Virus record (IMG/VR): IMGVR_UViG_3300044835_000075
Location: 1-64,000 of that record
Length of the DNA stretch: 64,000 nucleotides
Reading direction: 5' to 3' (one strand)
From: a virus
The position numbers and the translations under genes were made by a program. This document shows, in pieces, positions 1-8,914 of the stretch. The notes below the pieces were generated by a model. That model did no database searches and was not told the origin of the DNA. It saw nothing but the letters and a program-made list of their open reading frames with translations. How positions within the stretch are numbered: position 1 is the stretch's first letter; every line of letters starts with the position of its first letter.

Positions 1-743
1 TCTGCTCGCAGTTTGCGCGCGGTCGGCCCCTTCGGGCGCATGTTCGCCGTGATGGGGGTGCCGGTCGGGTAGCCCCAATACGTCGAGTCCTTGACGGTGC
101 GGGTTTTCTCCTCGATCGCGTCGGGCTCTCCGGACTTCACGGAGTGCTGGCGGGCGGCGTTGTGCGCGCCGTGCAGGACGGGCCCGTACTCGTAGAGGTC
201 GAGGTCGTGGATGTAGCGGGTCTTGCGGCGCTTCTCGTCGAGCCCGATGCGCTTCTGCTTGACGACGTAGCCGATCGAGTAGGCCGTCTTCGGGCCGTAG
301 AACTTGGCGTGCTCGTAGGCGTCGCGGCCGTCTTGGGTGCCGAGAATGTAGCGGTTCTTCGTGTACAGCGCCCCGGCCTCTTTCGGCCACGGCTCGTAGC
401 CGGTGCCGGTCCAGATCTGCTCGGGCAGCCGGGGGTCGCCGGGCATGAGTTCGATGCCGACCTCGGGCATCCCGATCGGCCGGTTCCAGTCGTGGCCGAG
501 TGCCATCTTCGGCTCAAGAGCCTTGAGGGTGCGGGTGAAAGCGCCCGGGACGATGACGTCGCCGACCTCGTCGCGGGTGCCGGTGACGGCGACGAACGCC
601 TCGACCACGCCGACGGTGTCGCCGTTCTCGTCGGTCTCGATGGTGATTGCGGGCGTTTCGGGGGTGGTGATGGTGGTGGTCGACTTGTATTCGAGCACCG
701 GCACGCCGATGGTCTTGTACTCCAGCTCGGGCGGCCTGTGCAC
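1..743 (-). CDS. HK97-type prohead (capsid maturation) protease, runs off window start
   Basis: Manual translation from GTG 743 (SD GAGGAG): VEAFVAVTGTRDEVGDVIVPGAFTRTL..MALGHDWNRPIG..AYSIGY..DLDLYEYGPV; peptidase S78-like motifs. Confidence 0.85.
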   Translation of the reverse strand, partial: MHRPPELEYKTIGVPVLEYKSTTTITTPETPAITIETDENGDTVGVVEAFVAVTGTRDEVGDVIVPGAFTRTLKALEPKMALGHDWNRPIGMPEVGIELMPGDPRLPEQIWTGTGYEPWPKEAGALYTKNRYILGTQDGRDAYEHAKFYGPKTAYSIGYVVKQKRIGLDEKRRKTRYIHDLDLYEYGPVLHGAHNAARQHSVKSGEPDAIEEKTRTVKDSTYWGYPTGTPITANMRPKGPTARKLRA

Positions 744-779
744 TGGGTGTCTCCTCTGTGGGCGCAAGATGGAACGTCT

Positions 780-809
780 AGTATAGCCGCGCTAGCGGCG
801 GTTAATCAA
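780..809 (-). promoter_or_regulatory. Promoter/operator repeat, class A
   Basis: TTGATT AACCG-N9-CGGC TATACT. Confidence 0.7.
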
Positions 810-2209
810 TCGTCCCAGAGGGAGAACTCCGCGCGCGGCCCCGGCACTGCCGGAGTCGCCACATCGTCGTCCTCGAAGTTCTCCGCGTCGTCGCCGTCCG
901 GCCCGTCGTCCGCACGCCGCAACTCCCCCGCGCCGACCATCGTCCAGTCCACGTCATCGACCAACGCCTGCTCGTAGGCGTCGTCCTCGTCGTTCGGGTC
1001 GTCACTGCCGTCGTCGTCGGCACCCGAGTCGTCGTCGGAGCCCAGGAACGTGCTCAGCGAGTCGTCGTCGATCGAGTCGATGTCGGAGTCCGGATCCGCC
1101 ATGAGCATCGCGGCCTTGAACTCCTCGGCGGAGATCGTCAGCGCCTTGTGCGCGTTCTTCCCCGGCCACACGCCGGTGGCGAGCTTGTGGATGTTCGCGG
1201 TCAGGCCGTCGAGGATGTGCGGGTCCTGGACGAACTTGGCGAGATGCCTGCGCAGCCGCTTGAAGTCCCCCGGCGTGCCCGGCCGCCACTTCGCCGCACC
1301 CTTGCCGTGCGCCCAGTACTCGCGCAGCTTCGCGGCGTTCGGGCTCGGGCTCATGATCTTCTGCTCGATGGCCTTTTTGATCTCGAACTCAGTCAGCCCG
1401 GCGTGCTTCTTCTCCGGCGCCGCCGCGTTCCAGTCCTTCGGGAGCATGTTCGTCGCCTTGAGCCGCTTCGCGGCCGCGTTGATCACCGTCTTGCGCGCGG
1501 CCTTGTCGGCGGCCGGGACCTTCGCGAACGCCTTGATGGCAGCCGCCAGATCGCCAATGCTCTTGATCGTGTCGCCGTCGGTCGCGCCCTGCGGAGGACC
1601 GCCCTTGGCGCCCTTCTTCGGGCCCTTCTTCGCGAAGTGCGCGGCCAGACCGGCGGGCATCTTGCCCTTCGTCTCACCGTCGTCCTCGCCGTCACCGTCC
1701 CCGGAGTCGTCGACATCACCGTCGGCCGCGCCGAACGGGAAGTCGTACACCTGCTCGGGGAACTCCAGGCGCAGCCGGTCGAATGTCACCGGCCCCACCT
1801 TGGCGAGCTTGTCTGCCGACAGGCCGAACCCGGCCGTCATGTGCGGGAAGTACGGCTCATGCTGCGGTTCGTCACAGCACTGGTCGAAATGCTGCTGCAA
1901 CGCCGTGAGCAGGCCGGTGCCGCCGACCAGGTACACCGCGCACGGCTTGCGGTCGGCGAAACCGTCCGGGTTGAACGTCGCCGTGGCGAACAGCCGGGCG
2001 TCTATCGGCCCGAAATGACTCGCCACGTTCGCGACCTCGGCCGCCAGCAGGTTCCGCTGCGATGCCGTCATACCGCTGACGTCGTCGCCCAGGAACGCCA
2101 GGGTGACATGCAGCTCGGTGGGATCGTCGCCGCCGTCGACCGCGTACGTCTGTGCATCCTCCGCGCGCGGGATGAGTGCGATCATGCCGCCGTTCTGCTC
2201 GTCTGCCAT
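806..2209 (-). CDS. 2H phosphoesterase (2'-5' RNA ligase/Acb1-like) N-terminal domain fused to helical domains and an acidic tail
   Basis: Two HxT motifs (ELHVTLAFLG, YFPHMTAG); C-terminal LREYWAHGKGAAKWRPGTPGDF segment; lies inside the head module. Confidence 0.75.
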   Translation of the reverse strand: MADEQNGGMIALIPRAEDAQTYAVDGGDDPTELHVTLAFLGDDVSGMTASQRNLLAAEVANVASHFGPIDARLFATATFNPDGFADRKPCAVYLVGGTGLLTALQQHFDQCCDEPQHEPYFPHMTAGFGLSADKLAKVGPVTFDRLRLEFPEQVYDFPFGAADGDVDDSGDGDGEDDGETKGKMPAGLAAHFAKKGPKKGAKGGPPQGATDGDTIKSIGDLAAAIKAFAKVPAADKAARKTVINAAAKRLKATNMLPKDWNAAAPEKKHAGLTEFEIKKAIEQKIMSPSPNAAKLREYWAHGKGAAKWRPGTPGDFKRLRRHLAKFVQDPHILDGLTANIHKLATGVWPGKNAHKALTISAEEFKAAMLMADPDSDIDSIDDDSLSTFLGSDDDSGADDDGSDDPNDEDDAYEQALVDDVDWTMVGAGELRRADDGPDGDDAENFEDDDVATPAVPGPRAEFSLWDD

Positions 2210-2380
2210 GCCGCACATCGTTGCAGGAGAGAGCCCCTGCGGGCGGCTGACACGCGCAGCCGGTTTGACCTGGCGCGAATACGCACGCTAAGGTCAGGGC
2301 CTCTTCTCGATCGTGTGTCGAAGAAGCGGAACCGGCCAAACCCTCGCACCCCGTGCGGGGGTTTCGTCGTTGTGGGGCAC

Positions 2381-4659
2381 CTATGCCACCACCTGTGCAC
2401 TCACCGTGCCCGCGCCGACGCCGAGCAGCTCGAACGTCGTCCCGGCCGCCAGCACGATCGCGCCCCCGGCCACTCCGATCGCCACCCCCGCCGGAATCAG
2501 CACCGTAAGCACCACGGCCGCGTCCGACGGAATCGCCAGCCCCAGCACCGGCGTCCCCGGCATCGAGATCGACTGACCGGGCAGCGCCGCCAGCGGTGCG
2601 GTCAACGCGCGGTAGGCGATGATCGGCTGCTTGAGCGTCACCAGCGACGCCACCGGCGGCAGTCCATACCCATCCGGGGTAGGGGTAAGGGTCTCGCCCA
2701 TCGAGCGAGCCGCCGACTTCGCCACGGCCGCCGTGAGCATGTCGAGCGTCCTGCCGGGAGCGCCGGAGTCGGTGCGCGCGGACTCGGCCATCTCGTTCAT
2801 CCTGCGGGCCGCGTCGCCCGGCTTGCGGAACAGCAGTCCGCACCGGCAGTTTTTTGTAGGTATACTGTTCGCTAAGAACATCCCCGCCGTCGTCTGGAGC
2901 GTGTACACGTGGCCCCTAAACGCCTTCCTCTCGATCTTGACCACGCGGTCAAGCTCTACAACTCCGGCCAGCCTCTCCGTGAGGTCGCCTCTCATTTCGG
3001 CATGAGCCAAACCACCCTTTTCCTGAGATTTCGTGAAGCCGAAGTCCCTATGCGCATCGGATCGCAGAAGATCCTGCCCCTTCGCGTCTCGATTGATGCC
3101 GAGGAAGTCGCCACTCGTTACCGGAACGGCGAGAGCGAGAAGGCTCTCAGCGAAGCGCTCGGGGTCGACCGGTCCACCATCCGAACCCGCCTTGAGCGCA
3201 GCGGCATACAGCCACGCGGGCGCTCGGAATCCTTGCTTTTGCGTTGGTCCCGGCTCGATGTCGCCGAACGTGAGGCACTCGTTGTCGCTGCCCACATCGC
3301 CGGTCGCGGACGAATCGCCAGCACCGAAGAACTGACCCGCCGGGCTCAGTCCCGCGCCTCGCTCGACTGCTTCACCTCGCCCTGGGAAGTCGTTCTTGCT
3401 GACCTGCTCGCCGACCGAGGCGTGACGGCCGATCCGCAACGCGCTGTCCACCACTACAATGTCGACCTGGCCTGCTGGCCGGTCGCCGTGGAAATTCACC
3501 GCGACCCCGGGCATCCCCTGAACCGGCGCGCGCGTCGCCAGCGCATCGTGGACCTGCTCGATCGTGGCTGGCTTCCCCTCTACGTCTGGCTCAACCCGCG
3601 CACCAGCGCCGTGACCAACGCGTGTGCCGATCACGTAGTCGAACTCATTCAGCTCGCCCAACGTGACCCAGCCGCGTTCGGTGAGTACCGGGTGATTCGG
3701 GGTACCGGTGAGGCTGCGTCCCTGCGCAGTGCGAAGGGTCACGACCTGTCCGACATACGGCGCACGAAATGAACCTTCGACGTCGGGCCCTGCAACCTCC
3801 GTCTCCGGCACAAAGCAGTTCGCGACCTCGCCCCACGACGCGGGTAGATCCGCCGGATCGCCGGGGTGCTTGAGCTGGAACTTGCCGACCGTGAACGTCT
3901 CCCCCACCGGCCGCACCTGCCCGTCGGCGACCACGTGGGTGTGCCGGACGCGGTCGTCCCGCTTTGAGAGCCATTGAGTGTGGGTCACGCCGAGCCGCAC
4001 GGCGGTGCGCAGGGCGGCGTCGTTGACCAGCGCGTTGCCGAGTGTCCGCCCGGCCATCAGAAGCCAATTGCCCCCCCTGTCGTGCGCGGCCTTGATGTTG
4101 TCGAGCACCTCGTCGAGGTCTTCGGCGGTCTTGTCGGAGTCGAGCACGGCCGCCCGGACGACCTTGGCGTGCGCGTCGGCGACCCCGAGGATCCGGCTGA
4201 TGACGTCCTCGACGGCTGCGGTGAGGTCTCCCATGTCGAACGCGGTGAGGTCGGAGCCGCCACCCAGGTTGGACGATGTCTCTTTCGCCGCCTCGGTGGC
4301 GATCCGGAGCACGACGGGGCGGATCTCCTCGCGCAACTCCGCTTCGAGTTTGTCCGGCACCACGTAGGCCGGGTCCAGCGCTTTGAGTTCGCGGGTGAGT
4401 ACGGCCGTGCCGCCGCCCTTGGTCTCGACCTGGTCCCACCACCGGGTGTGCTTGCGCGCCTTGGGGCCCTTGACGCGGGCGGTGACGACGGCCAGCGAGC
4501 GCTGCAAGTAGCTGTCGAGTACGGCGGTGAGGGCGTCCTCGGCGCGCCGGGCGCGGGCGTCTACCGCGTTGACGAGCCGCTGGCGGTCGGGCCCGGGGGC
4601 GGGGCTGGGCGAGGCCTCGGCAATCGTGAGTTGCGGCGTGGCCAGCGGCGGGAAGTCAT
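2381..4659 (-). CDS. MuF/SPP1 gp7-like minor head protein containing an intein; ATG 4659 is one base out of frame with the body (open frame 2381-4507+)
   Basis: QWLSKRDDRVRHTH..DGQ..F.VG..L.HPGDP..EVAN|CRC motif after intein removal; directly downstream of portal. Confidence 0.85.
2849..3817 (-). mobile_element. Intein (323 aa) inserted in the MuF N|CRC motif
   Basis: Block A CFVPETEV, block B LTGTPNHPVLTERGW, block F VVKIERKAFRGHVYTLQT, block G FLANSIPTKN followed by Cys+1. Confidence 0.9.
2909..3772 (+). CDS. HTH-HTH + Vsr/DUF559-like PD-(D/E)xK endonuclease, nested antisense within the intein (putative homing endonuclease)
   Basis: Two HTH repeats (LYNSGQPLREVASHFGMSQTTL; RYRNGESEKALSEALGVDRSTIRTRL), then SPWE..L..Q..YNVDLA..VAVEIH..H..L.DRGW..L.VW; GGAG 9 nt before GTG. 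Confidence 0.8.
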   Translation: MAPKRLPLDLDHAVKLYNSGQPLREVASHFGMSQTTLFLRFREAEVPMRIGSQKILPLRVSIDAEEVATRYRNGESEKALSEALGVDRSTIRTRLERSGIQPRGRSESLLLRWSRLDVAEREALVVAAHIAGRGRIASTEELTRRAQSRASLDCFTSPWEVVLADLLADRGVTADPQRAVHHYNVDLACWPVAVEIHRDPGHPLNRRARRQRIVDLLDRGWLPLYVWLNPRTSAVTNACADHVVELIQLAQRDPAAFGEYRVIRGTGEAASLRSAKGHDLSDIRRTK

Positions 4660-6239
4660 CGCCAGATCGAGGCGTCGGCGCTGCCGACTTCAGCTCGCGC
4701 GCGGGACTGCCTATCCTCCAGCTCGATCATCTCTTCGAGGCTGCGCTGCTCCAGCGCGCCGGGCCGGGAGTCGACCAAGCGCAGCGAGCGGGCGTTGTTG
4801 TCGTTCTCTGCGGCCTGGGCGCCCATCATGCTGCCCTGCTGGGCACCGGCCTCGGCCTCGGCGGCCGGGTCCGGGGGCGGCGGGGTGCCGAGCATTTGCA
4901 GCTTGTTGACTTCGGCGAGGTCGTCGGCCGCACCGGCTGGGACTTTGCCACCGGGGAGCATGACGACGCGGGACCACGGCTGATCGAAGGGCGGTTTGCC
5001 TGCGATGACGCGGTATTCGTCGAGGGTGCAGAGTCCGGCGGCGAAGTCGGCGGCGGCTTGGGTGATGTCACTGCGCTTGTGTCGGTTGAGGACCCATACG
5101 TCGGAGACGTCGTGCCGGAGGAACAGGGTGTCGTCGTAGTCTCCGGTGAGGATGTCCATTTGGTCGTCGAGCATTTCGAGCAGCGGGAGCATCGTCTGCG
5201 CCCAGAAGATCTCGTACTCGGCGTCGGCGTTGTCGAACGTCCGGCCGGACGCGTCGCCCAGGACGGACTCGGGCACGCCGAAGACCATGGCGATCTCGGT
5301 CCGCATCCGGTCCATCGTGTCGGCCCACTGGGTGTCCCGTGGGTTGCCGGACGTGTCGACATACTCCATCGCGTCGGCCTGGATGGCGGTGGTGCGGCCG
5401 ATACCGGCGGGGCCGCCGTTCATGCGGGTTTCGAGGATGTCGATCACGTCGGGCGAGACGTTGCCCTTGACGGCGAGGATGCCGCCAGGACGGCCGTCCT
5501 GATCCATGAAGCGGCGGTTGTACATCCGGGCGGCGCGGTCGAGATCGGCCGACATTCCAGCGGCCTGGGCGGGGCTCATGCCCCGGAACATCAACGTCGG
5601 GTGCGGCGAGCGGACCCACAGGACCGAGTTCGGCTGGTCGGCGAAGTCGGCCTTGGGGTCGTAGCGCGGGAGGTAGTTGTACGGGCCGGACTGGTCGTTC
5701 GTAGTGATGCGGAACGAGCCGAGCGGGTCGACGTACTTCTGCCCGGTCCTGCTCAGGACAGTGGTGGGGATGATCTCCACCATGTCCGGGTCGATCAAGT
5801 TCATCATCGCCACGCGGCCGCTGCGGCTGCGCACGATCTCGATGTAGACCCCGCGTGAGGACAGGAGCCATTGTGCGATGAGGCGGTACTGGAAGACCTT
5901 CGCGCGCTCCCAGCGGTTGGCCTGGATGTTCATCAGGCGCAGCAGGCCGGTGGGGTCGGCTTCGGGCAGGATCGGTTCGCCGTCCGGGGAGCCGTCGCGG
6001 ATGACCACGGTGCGGGCGATGACGGCGCAGGCGATGACGTGGACGGCCCGGTAGATCCACGGGTTGACCTCGAAGCCCTCTTTGACCGCGCGGTCGGTGT
6101 TCCAGGCCTGGTTGTAGGGCTGACCTGGGACGACGTACTGCCGGAAGAACGACCGGGCACGGCCGGACAGGCCCTTGGTCTCGATCGCCTTGCCGGTGAT
6201 CGCGCGTCGTAGAGCCGGGGCGAGCGTGCGCCGAGCCAT
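4656..6239 (-). CDS. Phage portal protein (HK97-like)
   Basis: NPWIYRAVHVIA, RGMSPAQAA, FMDQDGRPGGIL, IAMVFGVPESVLG, TLDEYR motifs. Confidence 0.9.
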   Translation of the reverse strand: MARRTLAPALRRAITGKAIETKGLSGRARSFFRQYVVPGQPYNQAWNTDRAVKEGFEVNPWIYRAVHVIACAVIARTVVIRDGSPDGEPILPEADPTGLLRLMNIQANRWERAKVFQYRLIAQWLLSSRGVYIEIVRSRSGRVAMMNLIDPDMVEIIPTTVLSRTGQKYVDPLGSFRITTNDQSGPYNYLPRYDPKADFADQPNSVLWVRSPHPTLMFRGMSPAQAAGMSADLDRAARMYNRRFMDQDGRPGGILAVKGNVSPDVIDILETRMNGGPAGIGRTTAIQADAMEYVDTSGNPRDTQWADTMDRMRTEIAMVFGVPESVLGDASGRTFDNADAEYEIFWAQTMLPLLEMLDDQMDILTGDYDDTLFLRHDVSDVWVLNRHKRSDITQAAADFAAGLCTLDEYRVIAGKPPFDQPWSRVVMLPGGKVPAGAADDLAEVNKLQMLGTPPPPDPAAEAEAGAQQGSMMGAQAAENDNNARSLRLVDSRPGALEQRSLEEMIELEDRQSRARAEVGSADASIWR

Positions 6240-6399
6240 CCTCACCCCTCACGTCTGGACGTTTTGCCTGATCGTGAGGGTATCCGGCGTCGGGGTGCGT
6301 TCTTGCGCAGACGCGCGGCGGAGAGCTGGACGAACTCGACCCGACGGCGTTCGTCAGCTGGGTTTCGCGACGGCATTGGCCGCCGGGTCGAGGGGCCTG

Positions 6400-6549
6400 T
6401 CAGCGGGGTGCGACGACCGTCACGGACTGGACATCCGTCGCGGTGAAGGGCAGGTCTTCGGCGCGACGTGCCTCGTCTTTTGTCATCTTCACGGGTCGAG
6501 ACTTCCCGTCGGTGGTGCGGACGGTGACTGTGTGATCCCTGTTGCCCAT
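6400..6549 (-). CDS. 49-aa hypothetical microprotein (MGNRDHTVTVR...)
   Basis: SD GAAAGG; own promoter copy at 6599-6628. Confidence 0.55.
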   Translation of the reverse strand: MGNRDHTVTVRTTDGKSRPVKMTKDEARRAEDLPFTATDVQSVTVVAPR

Positions 6550-6598
6550 CGGGTGGTTCGCCTTTCGTCGGAGCTGCCTGGCGCGGCTCGATGGGAAA

Positions 6599-6628
6599 AA
6601 ACTAGCCGACTTGGTAATGGCTTGTCAA
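6599..6628 (-). promoter_or_regulatory. Promoter/operator repeat, class A
   Basis: TTGACA AGCCA-N9-CGGC TAGTTT. Confidence 0.75.
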
Positions 6629-6720
6629 CCCCTGATCTTGACGGGTTTGGTATCCGACTGGACTCCGGTACCCCTACCCCGCTAGGGTATGCGTAAATAC
6701 GCACAGCTGAGGACCGGTGA

Positions 6721-6999
6721 ATGAACGACACAGCGCTCGGCACGGAGATCACGGCCACGGCCGCGCGGATCCGCGCCCTGCTCGACCTCGACGCCAGCGG
6801 CACACCCGGGGATCTCCTCCCCGAGCTGGCCATCCTGGACGAGGCCGAACGGAACCTGCGTGTCGTCCGCGACTCAGTCCTTGTCCACGTCCGCAGACGC
6901 GGAAGCTCGTGGAACACGATCGAAGCCAGCACCGATGTACCCGCCACCACCTGGCGCGGCCGCTACGTACGACACACAGAGGAGACCAGCCGACCATGA
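6721..6999 (+). CDS. Small HTH-like protein heading the transfer operon
   Basis: RRRGSSWNTIEASTDVPATTWRGRY resembles actinobacterial HTH; ATGA-coupled to next gene. Confidence 0.55.
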   Translation: MNDTALGTEITATAARIRALLDLDASGTPGDLLPELAILDEAERNLRVVRDSVLVHVRRRGSSWNTIEASTDVPATTWRGRYVRHTEETSRP

Positions 7000-7892
7000 T
7001 CGCCCAGACGTCGCGCTCCCGACGTTGGAAGGCCCCCAAGACACCGAAGCCGCCCAAGACCCCGCGCGTCCGGCGCAAGCCGATCGCCGCGCTCAAGGGC
7101 AAGCTGACCCCCAAGCGGGCGACGCCGGTGCCGGTGGACCTCCGCAAGCGGGAACTGGTCGCGGTCACCGCGCTGGCCGCGCTGGCAGTGCTCTCCGTCG
7201 CCGCCATCGGGTTCGTAATTAGCTACTCCCACATGCACGATTGGGCCTTGGCGAACCACGAACCGGACTGGCGCGCGAAGCTCTTCCCCCTGTCCGTCGA
7301 TGGCGCGATCCTCGCCGCCACCCTCGTGCTCTACGCCGACTCACGCGCCGGTCGCAAGGCCGACAAGCTGGCGTACTTCATCACCGCGCTGGGCATCGCC
7401 TGGTCGGTCGGGGCGAACATCGGGCACACGTGGGTGAGCGCCGGTGCGGCCATGCTGATCGCGGGCTGGCCGCCGGTGGCGATGGCGCTCTCGGTCGAGC
7501 AGCTGCTCAAGTTCCTGCGCCGGTGGCGCGGGCAGGCCGACGCCGAGGTGCGCAAGGCCGCGAAGCAGCGGACCGACCGGCCCGCCGCCGAGCCGGACAC
7601 CGTCGAGGTCGCGCCGAAGCCGGTTCCCGCGCCGCGCCCGAAGCCGTCGGCACCGAAGCAGGCTGAGGTGATGGCGCCGCACGTGGTGCCGATGGAGGTG
7701 CCGAGCTGGGTGCCCACGATCCTCAAGGCTGGCGACGCGTGCCAGGCCTATCTCACCCAGGTCAATCCGGACGCCGAGGCGCCGGAAGTCGACCGCGAGG
7801 TCGGCAAGTACATCCGCATGTCGGATGGGTACGCCCGCCGCCAGGTGCGGGTATTCAACGAGGCCCGGCAGGCCGCCGGGCAGGGAGGGTAG
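6996..7892 (+). CDS. DUF2637/SpdA-like membrane protein of actinomycete conjugative elements
   Basis: 4 TM segments; ISYSHM, LFPLSVDGAIL, SVGANIGH, IAGWPPVAMALSVEQL motifs. Confidence 0.75.
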   Translation: MIAQTSRSRRWKAPKTPKPPKTPRVRRKPIAALKGKLTPKRATPVPVDLRKRELVAVTALAALAVLSVAAIGFVISYSHMHDWALANHEPDWRAKLFPLSVDGAILAATLVLYADSRAGRKADKLAYFITALGIAWSVGANIGHTWVSAGAAMLIAGWPPVAMALSVEQLLKFLRRWRGQADAEVRKAAKQRTDRPAAEPDTVEVAPKPVPAPRPKPSAPKQAEVMAPHVVPMEVPSWVPTILKAGDACQAYLTQVNPDAEAPEVDREVGKYIRMSDGYARRQVRVFNEARQAAGQGG

Positions 7893-7894
7893 TC

Positions 7895-8884
7895 ATGGCG
7901 AAGCGCAGGAAGACGCGGGCGAAGCCTCGCGGGAAGGCGAGGGCGCGGACGAAAGCCCCGTCTCGCCGGTCCGTTGACAGGGCGATCCGCAAAGTCACCG
8001 ACGACGGCGGAAGTACCCGCAAGCGCAAGCGGAACGGCAAGGCCCGCAAGCCCATGGGTGACCGCCTGTGGTGGCGAATCGCCAAGGGAACCTCGAAGGG
8101 CACCGTTCGCGGCATCGCGGTCGGCACCCCGAAGGCTGTCAACGGCGTCAAGGCGGCACACGCGAAGTTCAAGGACGGCCGGACGTTCGCAACGGCGTTC
8201 GACGACGAGTACGTGCCCGATTCCGGGGAGATCCCGCCCCGCAAGTTCTCCTGGAAGTCGACTTTCACGTGCTGCGGGCGCCGGTACAAGACGGTCGAGC
8301 ACCTCAATCGGCACCACCTGGCCGAGCACGACGGCGAGTCTCCCGAGGTCGCGGCGCGGGCCCTGCCGACGCTGCATATCTCGAAGACCGCGAAGACCCT
8401 GGACAAGCGGACGGTGACCCCTGTGGCGAACACGCCGACGGGTCGGCACCGGCCGAGCAGTTCGAAACCGAAGGCAACGTCGGTGGCCGACCTGGTCGCC
8501 AAGCACCGCGCCAAGATCACCGAGATCGGAAAGAAGGCAGTCATGGATAACGAGTCCGCGCGGCTGGTTCATAACGGGTTCCTGTCCCTGGACGCCGAGC
8601 GTCCCGGGCCGCTGAGTCACATCGAGGCGACGGCGCTGGGCTTCGAGCAGGCGTTCGCCGTCGGCTCGGAGTCGATCGCGAACTACCGGCGCAAGCTGAT
8701 TCAGGCCGGTTTCGACCCGGCTCACCTTCAGCACTACACGCGTGCCCAGGCGGACCTGGAGAGCGCGGCGACGCACATGTCGTCGGCCATCGCGACCATC
8801 AAGGACGAGATGCGCAGCGACATCGCGGCGGCGAAGGCGCGGCTCAACGGCGAGAAGCCGAACGACAAAACCCTCGCGAACTGA
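7895..8884 (+). CDS. Basic protein with C2H2-like motif upstream of TraB (TraA-position protein)
   Basis: CCGRRYKTVEHLNRHHLAEH; helical C-terminus; operon position. Confidence 0.55.
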   Translation: MAKRRKTRAKPRGKARARTKAPSRRSVDRAIRKVTDDGGSTRKRKRNGKARKPMGDRLWWRIAKGTSKGTVRGIAVGTPKAVNGVKAAHAKFKDGRTFATAFDDEYVPDSGEIPPRKFSWKSTFTCCGRRYKTVEHLNRHHLAEHDGESPEVAARALPTLHISKTAKTLDKRTVTPVANTPTGRHRPSSSKPKATSVADLVAKHRAKITEIGKKAVMDNESARLVHNGFLSLDAERPGPLSHIEATALGFEQAFAVGSESIANYRRKLIQAGFDPAHLQHYTRAQADLESAATHMSSAIATIKDEMRSDIAAAKARLNGEKPNDKTLAN

Positions 8885-8914
8885 CCAGTAACAAACTCTG
8901 AAAGGAAGATCAAC

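Noticed and set aside
2275-2290. AATACGCAC-like motif shared with about 6696 and 48240 as a late promoter
   Set aside because: Only three loose matches, with inconsistent position and orientation relative to gene starts.
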